Below are positions 24,301 to 35,600 of a stretch of DNA of 50,115 nucleotides, piece after piece. The notes under the pieces were generated by a model, which was given only the letters and a program-made list of their open reading frames with translations, had not been told where the DNA came from and did not search any database. The first letter of the stretch is position 1. Each line of letters starts with the position of its first letter. The stretch comes from Dendrobates tinctorius (Eukaryota), in NCBI RefSeq assembly GCF_039654945.1, contig NW_027361806.1, forward strand, positions 18,724,001-18,774,115, given 5' to 3'. A program made the position numbers and the translations under genes.

Positions 24301-25559
24301 CAGTATTCCTCCCCATTCAGATAATATTGGGCCCCTATGTGTTGGCTCAGGGACCTCCACAGACATTAATTTGACCGTGTGGCTCTTTCGTGGGGTCTGC
24401 CAGTACTGTATCAACAATGACCAATGGATGCGACCAATTCTCTTTCCTTTTGTACCCCACTCTCAATTTCTCTCCTTTTGTCCCTAAAGTCTATTCAGTC
24501 ATTTCTTAACACTCAGAAGTCATTTTGCCTGCGTCACCCATCTTTCCCAGATCCCGGACTGGCAGGTGATGTAGTGATAGATCTTTTAATCCTATACTAT
24601 TACCTCTTTGGCAGATTTCTTACACCAAGGTCAGTCGGCTTCTCCAGAATCAGATGTTTCTAAGAATAGTAACATTTTCAGTAATTTGACAACAGAGGAC
24701 AACTTTTGCATTTATGTCTTATTGACCAGAGGATTGGTGATCTAGTTCTGATTGATGGTGATCCCGCGATCGCGGGGGTCGTATAATGAGGAGGAGATTT
24801 AATGGAGGTGAAGTTGGTAGAGATGAGCAAAAACAATTTGTAGGACTCCGTTTTTAATTAGTGGAAACCCAAAATAAACATTAATTACCGATGATCCACA
24901 GGACCCCATTAAGCCGCTGGGAAGGGCTCCTGAGCTCCTCTGTATACAGAATGGCTGGAGAAGGTCAGGTACAATTACAAAGCTCGCCCGTTTCCAACTT
25001 CCCTACAAACACTGAATGGAGCAGAAGGGCGAACACTAGAGATGAGCAAAGCAGATTCGCTGGTCCAGTGACCACATCTGTTCTCCGTGGAAGCCGGACC
25101 AGCAACCTGTAAAATGCCACAATCATGGGCGCCTCTGGTGTATACAAGGACCTCGTCATATCATGATTTATTGGGGGTCTTGTAAAGGCCAGAGGGGCCG
25201 AAGGCGCTGATATTAGAGTGCCGGCCTGAGGAAGTTTACAGAATCCTGGTCTGGTTACCACAGACTTATGACGTGGTCAGCGGACCAACAAATCTTTGTC
25301 TCCAGTGGTTGCTGCATTCAGGATGTTAGGAAGGATCGAGCTTTGTACATGGTTGTCTCTGTCCGTCCTGTACACCAGGGGCTCAGGACACTTTCCAGTG
25401 GTTAGTGGGGGTCCTGCAGATAGGTCATTAAGGCTTATTTTCAGACAAACCTCAATAATATTTATGCATTTCCAATCTTTGCTGCCGCTTCTAGAATGAT
25501 TTACTACGCTCATATCCTAATTATTGGAGAACCTTCATGTTGCACTTTTTTGTTCCATT

Positions 25560-26273
25560 GTGTACTTGTGTTATTGTTACATTATATCTCTTGTGAATCA
25601 GGTTTCACTGTTACATTGTATCGCGTGTTTATTGTTTATCGTGTTATTATTACATTGTATATATTAGGAAGTGGGCTTTATTGTTACATTGTATCTCTTG
25701 TGCACTGTGGTTATTGTTTCATTGTGTTTGTTACATTGTATCTCTTGTGTATCGTGTTTATTGTATATCTTGTGTATCGTGTTTATTGTTACATTGTATC
25801 TCTTGTGTATCGTGCTTATTGTTACATTGTATCTCTTGTCCCCACCCGCATTATTGTTACATTGTATCTCTTGTCCCACCCGCATTATTGTTACATTGTA
25901 TCTCTTGTGAAGCGTGTTTGTTACATTGTATATCTTGTCCCCACCCGCATTATTGTTACATTGTATCTCTTGTGTATCGTGTTTATTGTTACATTGTATC
26001 TCTTGTGTATCGTGCTTATTGTTACATTGTATCTCTTGTCCCACCCGCATTATTGTTACATTGTATCTCTTGTCCCCACCCGCATTATTGTTACATTGTA
26101 TCTCTTGTCCCCACCCGCATTATTGTTACATTGTATCTCTTGTCCCACCCGCATTATTGTTACATTGTATCTCTTGTGAAGCGTGTTTGTTACATTGTAT
26201 ATCTTGTCCCACCCGCATTATTGTTACATTGTATCTCTTGTGTATCGTGTTTATTGTTACATTGTATCTCTTG
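25560..26273. repeat. Minisatellite with constant core TTGTTACATTGTATCTCTTGT and a few alternating variable segments (unit ~31-35 bp)
   Basis: About 20 units; variable parts are CCCCACCCGCATT, GTATCGTGTTT/GTATCGTGCTT and GAAGCGTGT. Confidence 0.95.
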
Positions 26274-26489
26274 AGTTTCCTCTTTCTTTCTCTTGTGTCT
26301 TTCCCTAGGTGATCAAAGACTGTGCACCCATTCATTGTGAGGCTGGTGACATCAGAGGACAGAGGGCCGTCACTCTCCTCCTCCAGTGATGATGGTGCTG
26401 ACAACGCCTTCGTCCTCCACCAATGCCATGTAGCCAGATCTGGCTCATAAGGAGGGTTAAGCGCTGAGCCCACTGCCACAGCCAGCAAC

Positions 26490-26666
26490 ATGCAGGACCA
26501 GGAGGGCAAGCAGTGCCTCACACAGGGCTACCTGGGGGCATTTAAACACTTTGCCACTGAGGCAATCCACACAGGGCAGGAACCTGAGCAATGGACCTCT
26601 ATGGCGGTGGTGCCCCCCATCTCCCTGTCCACCACCTTCAAGCAGCATAGTCCTGGAGAGCATGCG
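26490..26666 (+). CDS. CTH: CTH coding exon 1 (MQDQEGKQ...FATEAIHTGQEPEQW...PPISLSTTFKQHSPGEHA)
   Basis: ATG in AACATGC context; donor GCG|GTGAGT. Confidence 0.95.
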
Positions 26667-29600
26667 GTGAGTTTCATAACAATGAACACTCTTACAAGAT
26701 TTCCTAAATAAATATATTATGCCTTCATCGTCGCAGCTAATTTCTACCAGTTGTGACCTGAAGCTGTAAACTTTCCTTTTACGTTCCGTGATCCCACAAC
26801 TCATAAAATTGCCCTAGAATCGCTCCCTGTAGAGGATCATGAAGAGGTTCTGCAGCAGCGTCCTGCTGTGCTTTTGCACCACTCCTTTGTGTGCGGAGAT
26901 CACCAGCAGGTTTCGCAGCTTTCTTGTCCATGACATGGGGGGTGCGGATGATGTAACATGACATGGACTCTGCTTAGTCACGGGATGTCAGCACTTTCCA
27001 GGAGCAGCGTTCATGGTGGAGATGTAGCTGCAGGATTTGGGATTTTGTCAGGAGTTGGGCATTCCCGACATTTGGTATATGGTGGGCTGGTACTGTATAT
27101 GTCGCCATACCATCTTTCTTGCTATATAGAAAAGTGTAGCCTGCTTTACAATACTAAGGCATAAAGAAAAAACTTTTAACAATATGCGAAAAATGGTGAA
27201 TCATGAAGCCGGTGAGACGCGGGCTTAGATTTTGCACCGCTGACTATAAAAGAGGTGACAGTGCTGTAAAATATCCAAAAGTTACCATTTTTTTAAATGT
27301 GACTATTTTTATGCAAAAAAAAAAAAAAAACTTTTCCAGAAGTTTTGATACATTCCCTCTCGAAGACTGAACCGATACCGAGTCCTGGTGCACACGGGAA
27401 TATTGATGATCCACGCTGTAGTACGGCACAAATAACAACACTCCCGATTCCTTATTTCAGACAGAAAACTACATTTTGGGGTTTTCCGTAGTGTTAATAT
27501 GGATTTCGCGTTCCCTGCAAGAAGCTTTCCTGCTATGGGAGAATACAGACGTCGGGAGCATTAGAGGCGCCATGTGCAGCTCCGCAGGGTGTCCGTCCGT
27601 CCGTCTGTGGATGTGAGGTCATCAGTTATTAAACATTTACACTGCGATGGCGCGATGCTGAATCCAATGCTATTTCCATCCCTGACAGACCCCTCCAGCC
27701 TCACTTATCACAGCCCCCGGCTGTCAATCACATCGCAGCTCTCACTTGGCCTCGGCCATTCCTGATAAATAATCCGCTGTGAAATCCTTCACGGTCATAA
27801 ATAGCTGACTGTTTGCTTTATCTGTACTTGGAGATTTGCCCAAGGCTCTGACAAGTCAAAGTTTAACTTCTAGCACTGACATTGGTGACTGTTTTATGAC
27901 GAGGTGACACCAGGTCAGGCGAAAGTGATCATTATCGCAGAGCGCCCCTTTACTGAATGAGGCCCTCGCCGGCGTCAGACGATCCCTGCAGCTCAGGCTC
28001 TTTTCACCCTACTAATATTAAAAGGGTAAACTACATCCGGCTGTCCCAAAAGCCAGAGGTCACACGGCATCGGTGGGACCCTAATCCTGGGAAACCAGGG
28101 GCTAATAATGAAGAATAATCCAAGACAACCCCTTCCAGAACGCAGCCCCTGGAGTGACCAGATAAATGCCCTCGGTCCTGCTCCTGGCACCATGAGTAAA
28201 CAGGTGATATTGCCAGGAGAAATGTAGTATCACATGGAGGCCATTCAGGAGAATCAGCGGTGGCCAGTCCACCTGAACGGGAGCCATATGCACTTAGTGA
28301 GCCTCCATTCTGACTGATTCAGGGGGTCTCTGAGCAAGGGACCCCCTCTATCATGTGTAGCACAAGGATTACTTGCATAAATGCCCCTCATAGTAAAAAG
28401 AGCTAAAAAAAACCAAGTAAACAATAGTAACTAGTGATGCTCGGGTATGCACCAAGTATTACAGGTGCTTGGGTGACATGTTCAAGTCACCCGTGGCTGC
28501 ACGTTTTGTGGCTGTTAGATACCTACAAAACATTCAGGGATTGTCCGTGTTTGTCAGGCAATCCCTGCATGTTTTATGGCTGTCTAACAGCTGCGAAACG
28601 TGCAGCCACCGGGATCTCAAACATGTCACTCGAGCGCCCGCGATACTGGGTGCGTACCCGATCACTGGCGATACTGGGTGCGTACCCGATCACCGGCAAT
28701 ACTGGGTGCGTACCCGATCACCGGCAATACTCAGTGTGTACCCAAGCATCCGCAATACTCGGTGCATATCCGATCACCAGCGATACTCAGTGCGTATCTG
28801 AGCACCCGCTATACTGGTTGCGTACCCGAGCACCCGCTATACTGGGTGTGTACCCAAGCACCCACTATACTGGGTGCATACCCGAGCACCCGCTATACTG
28901 GGTGCATACCCGAGCACCGGCTATACTGGGTGCATACCCGAGCACCCGCTATACTGGGTGCGTACCCGAGCAACCGCTATACTGGGTGCATACCCGAGCA
29001 CCCGCGAAACTGGGTGCGTACCTGATCACCATCGATACTCGGTGCGTATCCGAGCACCCGCTATACTGGGTGCGTACCCGATCACCAGCGATACTCGGTG
29101 TGTGTCCGATCGCCCGCAATCCTCGGTTCGTATCTGATTGCCCGCGATACTCGGTACGTACCCGAGCACCCTAGGCAAACTGTAGTAATGTTCACTTACG
29201 CTCATCACTAATAGTAACAAATATTTCATTGTATTGATATTTTTTTTGTTAGGGTTACGAGTACAGCCGCAGCGGAAACCCGACAAGAAACTGTCTGGAG
29301 AAAGCTGTTGCCGCCCTCGATGGCGCCAAATACTGTAAGATTCCTGATAATGGTGGCTCAATTGTCTTCCCAATATTCATTTATTTTCTAGTCTTATTCA
29401 ATGTAAAAATCACAACGCAAACGTTACTTCTCCAGCGCAGCTCCAGTGCGGCCTCCCTCCTCTTCATTGACACCACTCCATCGCTGCAGCGAACTCCTGG
29501 GCTCAGCCGCCAATCTCGGCACTAACACCAAAGCTCCATTTACTGCAAGCACCGATCAATTATAGAAAGTGCGTTCAGTGCTGTTTTACCTCCGTATTCA

Positions 29601-32600
29601 CCGGCCAGCGGACAATGACGGGGAAGCAGCCGCCTCCGATACTCTCGCTCTTTCCCCATACAGCATCCTGTTATCGGCAGCACGAGTCCTGTTCACTCCT
29701 ATAGGGTTACATTCCGGCGAGTGCTGAATCTCACCAACCAGTCATGCCCACACATTGCAGATGTCAATATTCGTGATTGAACGCTCTTACGAATGCTCAT
29801 TTGCCAATTATTTTCTATGTAACGCACCATTAGCTCAGTGATCGGCTTGCTACGGCCGATTTTAACGCCCCCTCGCTAGTTGCCCCCACAGTGGCTTTAG
29901 CTGCCTCCAACCAGGCACCGCCTTACAGCGACTGTCCTGCACATTGCGACCCCCGTGAGCCAGTGACCGCAGCTTCCGTAGGTTTTTCTGGTTGGTCATA
30001 GTCAATTCTTCGGGGGGTTTTCCGGTTGAATAAGTGCTTTTATCACAGAGAAGCCTCCAAAATGCCAGCGTTATGTATTAATAGTCATCCATGGGAATGT
30101 CGGTGCGCTGTGCTACATATCGGCCGCTCCAGGGGTATGGCTCAGACATGGGGTGTCAGCAGTAGAAATCTGCATCAAATTACAGAAAACGACACATGGA
30201 TGTAGCTTTACAAACCGCTGCCACAATCACTGGCTTTAGAGAGTTACTGTGATTGGCTGCAGGGGTCACAGGATGTCATCACCGCTGCAAGAAGTGGAGG
30301 CTGGCGGTGGACTCGGGAGCATTGCTGCTTTAATAGATTATTTTTTTCACATTCTGAACGTGTTGTAAAAATGTTTATTTCTCAGACAACTTCTTTAATT
30401 TTGTAAGACGGGGAAATATGTTATGTTTGATGTATTTTTGCAGCGTTGTCCTCGGTGGGTTTCGTTACTATTGATTTGATGGAATGACGTTTCTTTCCAT
30501 CCAGGTTTGGCCTATGCGTCCGGTTTGGCGGCGACACTGAACGTTGCCCACCTGCTGAAAGCTGGAGATCAGATCATCTGCACCAGCGACGTGTACGGAG
30601 GTAACGGCTCAGGGCAACTTTCAGTAAAGCGCAATAATGGAGAAAGGGGGCCGAGATCAAACACCTGCCACAGAAGAGATGGGGAGAAGGATATAAGCAG
30701 CTTCCCGACCTCTGGCAGCAACCTATCTCTAGCTGAAGGGATCAGGCATGCTTACTTCCAATATGCCCCATCCTTCTTGCTCCCAACATTTGACCCAAGG
30801 GAAGAGTCTGGACACCCACTTATCCCTACAATGGTGGCGATTCAATGGGAATCTGTGGCTTTGGCCGACATCCATCTGATGTTTATGGGGACCTTCGCTA
30901 TCAGGAGAACTGATTACGGGCGATCCTATATCCGGATAACATAAGATTAGTCACTCTTTAATTTGCATTTCCCGGCAGGTACAAACCGATATTTTAGGAA
31001 CATTGCGGCAGAAATGGGCCTGAAGGTGACTTTCGTTGACTGCTCTGATCTGAAATGTTTGGAAGCCGCCATCACCTCAGATACCAAGGTAAGATGTCGT
31101 GACTCAGTACGACTCTCCGTGACTCATTGCCACACCTGGCCGGATGGGCTGCAGCGGTTCTAAGCCCAGGGGGAGGAATGAGGGAACGGGCACAGGGTGG
31201 ATGTGTCCAGTGGGAACTTGCTGCCCCCGCGAGTCCAATTACTGATCTCACTGATGGGCAGTGGACATTTAGACCGCACGAGATGTTAAGCTTGGCGATT
31301 GTCTGCAGCGGTGATGTGTGCTGTAGTCGTGATATCACCACTGTAGCCAATACACTCAGACCAGAGGAGGGGAGCCGGCACTGGATCCGGGGAGGGCGAG
31401 TACGATCCGTGTTTGTTGTAATTATTTAGGAAGTACTACTGTATTATTTCTTTTTTTTTTATAAGGTGTAAAACCCCTTTAAGAAGTGCACATGTTGAAC
31501 CCCTAGTCACAGAAGAAAATAATCTAGCCTCCAAAATTTTTGGCAGTAGCCACTCATCATTTACAGCCCGGTACACGATGGGCCGGCACAGCCCTGCCCT
31601 TTGGCGAAGCAGATGAAGTGCATGGCCACACCCCCACTGCACTTCCAGCTTAATTTGCATATGGCTGATATTCTAGATTTCTCCTGACTTTCCTCCAATA
31701 AAATAAAGTAGTTTAAAGTCATGTAGTCAGAAATTATATTTTGGAGCTGCTGAACCCCGGACATGTACGTCATATTGTAGGTGACCTGCAGGACGTACCA
31801 CATAGGGGAAGGGATTAGGAAAAGCAGGAGCAAAGAATGATAGTGGAGTTACCCAATAACGGATTCTCTTTTGCCCCCAAGCTCATCTGGATTGAAACCC
31901 CAACGAACCCGACCCTAACGGTGATCGATATCCAAGGCTGCGCGGACATCATCCACAAGCACCGGGACGCCATCCTGGCCGTGGATAACACCTTCATGTC
32001 CGCCTATTTCCAGGTGATTGTCGCTAAGCAACAGTCATTACAATTTCAGTGGATACATTGACATTCCGAGTGGGCGGAGACAGAATTATTTGTAGCGAAT
32101 CCATGGAATGTCTGATGTGACAAGAGACTGCCCACGTGAGGACACACGGGGTCTTCTTGTTGAGTTTTCAGACCAGAAACTGAGTGGAAACTCAAAGGTT
32201 TTGAGATCTGAAGAGTTTCCGCTCAGTTTCTGCTGCAAAACCTCATGTACATAAAGCTTAATGTGGTTTATTTGATATAATAAACATTGCAAATTCTTTT
32301 TTTCCCCCTCCCTTTCCATTTGCCAGCGGCCGTTGGCTCTAGGAGCGGATATCTGTATGTACTCAGCCACCAAATATATGAATGGTAAGCAAATCTGCTG
32401 CAATATGAAATATGGTAGTATCAGCTTTATCCACCAGGGGGCAGTGTGTGTGCATGATAAACCCATGTGTTCAGTTAGGGGCTTAATCATATGAGTTTTC
32501 CAAAACTGCAGAGAAAATGTCTTAATTAGGCTAAGTGCACACGTACCGGAACTCTCGCGGAAATTACCGCGAGAATTCCGGAATTCCAGTCCGCGGGAAA

Positions 32601-35600
32601 ATCGCATTTTAAATTCCCGCGATTTTCCCGCGGAAAAACTAGCATTTTGCAAGCGTATTTAGCTTGCAAAATGCTAGCGTTTTCCAAGCGATCTGTAGCA
32701 TCGCTTGGAGAACTGATTGACAGGTTGGTCACACTCATCAAACATAGTGTTTGACAAGTGTGACCAACTTTTTACTACTGAGGCCGCCTATGCAGCATCA
32801 GTAGTAAAAGATAGAATGTAAAAAAAAATAAAAAATGGTGTTATTCTCACCTTCCGACGTCCCGCGCATCCGTTCCCAGTAATCCTTTGCGAAAATGCCC
32901 GCGATGATGTCCGTTCTTGCGGGATCACGATGTCTCGCGGTAATTCGCGATCCCGCGAGAACGGACGCCATCGCGGGCATTTTCGCAAAGGATTACTGGG
33001 ACCGGGAGCGTGGAGAGAGGCGGGAAGACTGCGCGGGACGTCGGAGGGTGAGAATAACAATATTTTTTATTTTTAAATTCTATTTTTTACAGGGATATGG
33101 TACCCAGAGCCTGGAGGACAGTCTCCACTCCTCCGGACCGTGGGTACCATCCGCAAATGTTCTGCTTACTTTTCGCATGGTGTGCACAGCCACATGCAGG
33201 AAGTAAGCGGAACAATGCATTCCTATGGGTGCGGGATTGCCGCGATTCCGCAAATTAATGAGCATGCTGCGGTTTTTACCGCGAAGCGATTCCGCCGCGG
33301 TAAAAACCGCAGCATTAGCACAGCATTGCGGAATCCCATAGGAATGCATGGGATGCTTATTTTTTGCGTTTTCGCGGCAAGATCGCGTGGTTAAAACCGC
33401 CGCGGAAACGCGAAAAAAACGCCACATGTGAACTCAGCCTTAAAAAAAAGTGTACTTTTGAGTATTATTTACCTTTCATTAAGAAAATGTATTGGCATTA
33501 ATAACCTTTCATCCTCTTGGTATTTTAGGCCACAGTGATGTCGTCATGGGATTGGTTTCTGTGAACTGCGACAAATTGTATGAAAGGTTAAAGTATCTTC
33601 AGAACGGTGAGTGTAGATGAAATGAGGAGGTTTGATTACGAGGATTAGGATTGGAAACTTTGTTCCTGTTCTGGTAACTCTCTGATGCAGTTCATATAAT
33701 CCGCCACTAGGGGAGCTAGAGATGAAAGGCAAAGTTGATCTATCCTGTAGTTGTGGCTGCAGGGGGAATAGTCCAGAAAGTTTTCCAATGCGATTTGGTA
33801 GGTGATCCGAAAATTGGGCTATATAAAAACCTGGAACAGCAAAATGCTTAATAAAGTGAGCAATCTCTGGACGTGATGTAGGAGAGGATCTCCCCATAAG
33901 GCCGGGGTCAGACTTCCGAGAAACTCGTTCGAGTCTTGCACGTCAATACCCGGCACTGTATTTCTATGCAGCTGAACACTCCGATCCTGAGTGCCCGCGG
34001 CAGTGCCGGGTATTGACGTGCTAGACTCGTCCGAGTTTCTCGCAAGTCTTACCCCGGCCTAATATGGAGCACCATGTGACTGCACACATATGTACTGCAA
34101 AGCCAAAAATACACGATGGGGCCGATTCATTAGAGTTGTGTGCCATTTTTTTCCTGTGCAATACAAATAGTTGCAAGGCTGAGTGCGTACGAGAATCAGG
34201 TTGATCATACAAATCACGCTCTGATCAGTGTGTGATCATGGGTTGATCAGATTCTCTCGGATGAAAAGATGGAGAAAAAAAAAATTCTCTATCTTCCCTA
34301 TTGTGAAAATCGGACTTTACTCTGATGTCATCCGATTGCAGCTTGATGGTTTCCACTCTCTCACTGACTTGCATGGCTGAGGATCTGATCAAACTCGAGC
34401 AAGCAGTACATTTTTTTTTCTTCCCTTAGACTCTGTCCAAGGAAAGAAAAATCGGACATGTACACGGCCCCATAGACTAATAATAGTCCGAGTATGATTG
34501 GATATTTTGTCAGATTGCACTTGGACTGAAAATACAGTCGTCTGAACCTTCCCTTATGCTGTTTTTTTTTTTTCTTTTAAATTTCAAAATACAGTTTGTG
34601 TCTTTTTTGGAAGACAATGTTACTTTGATTTCGATTTGTTCCCGTTCACTATTACAGTTACCGTAATGTATAATTGGCGTCTTTTCAAAATGTTGCATTT
34701 TTTTCACAATTGTACTCCAGTACTTCTTATTCTATTTTTTTTTACTTTAAAATAGTGCAAAAATAACGTAAAAAAATAAAAATAAATAACGTAAAAAAAT
34801 AAAAATAAAATCACCTTTGAGTTTACGACAATTCATCAAGCCTGTGCAGCCGTTTTGATGACTTTGGCACAAAAAGGAAAGACAATAAGAAATTCAATCA
34901 CTCCGCCGTGCCCTGCTCCAACGTTTAGTTCTTTGCCAGTTCCCTTTCCTAGATCTCCTGCTCTGTGCAGATTTCAGTACTTTCCTAGTGATTGGGGTCT
35001 CTCTCACCCTATTCACATGTGGGGGGAAATCGTTTGCATGGATTTCGGTGCATGTTGTGGATTTTACATTTTTACCCGATTTTGTGGATTCCTAAAACGA
35101 ATCGGCGTCTCACACTTTTGCTACAGATGTCAGATATCTGCGTTACAGATTGAGCCTCTGACCGGTGTTGTCTTTCACAGCTCTCGGCGCCATTCCTTCC
35201 CCGTTTGATTGCTATCTCTGTAACCGCGGCCTGAAGACTTTACCCCTCAGGATGAAGCAGCATTTCCATAATGCCATGGCTGTGGCCATGTTTCTGGAGA
35301 GAGATCCTCGTGTTGACAAAGTCTTGTTTCCAGGTAAAAGAACAGAGTCTGGTTCGGCTGACATCCCTGGGGGTCTAGAAGGGGTCTCATAGGGACGTTA
35401 CCTACTGGGGGCTCTGTAGACGGGAGAACTCATGTGCATACCCTTTCCCACAGAGCAGTGAGTGCAGGACTCCGTTAATGAAATTTTCCATGTAAGTTCA
35501 GTGACCCGGAGTTTAGTTGCAAAGTTTTATGGCCTCCTATATCCAGCTAAGCTGCATGCCCAGACCCTGCCCGGCAAGGGACGCCCAGACCCTGCCCGGC

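Noticed and set aside
25560-26273. CRISPR-like repeat/spacer appearance
   Set aside because: The 'spacers' are 9-13 bp and recur as only 3-4 types; no cas genes; vertebrate context. It is a minisatellite.
28434-29174. 246-aa ORF in CTH intron 1
   Set aside because: Produced by the internal tandem repeat of a non-autonomous hAT element; no transposase motifs.
30601-30944. Open frame continuing from CTH exon 3 through most of intron 3
   Set aside because: Canonical donor at 30601, no CTH similarity beyond it, and a stop before exon 4; chance read-through.
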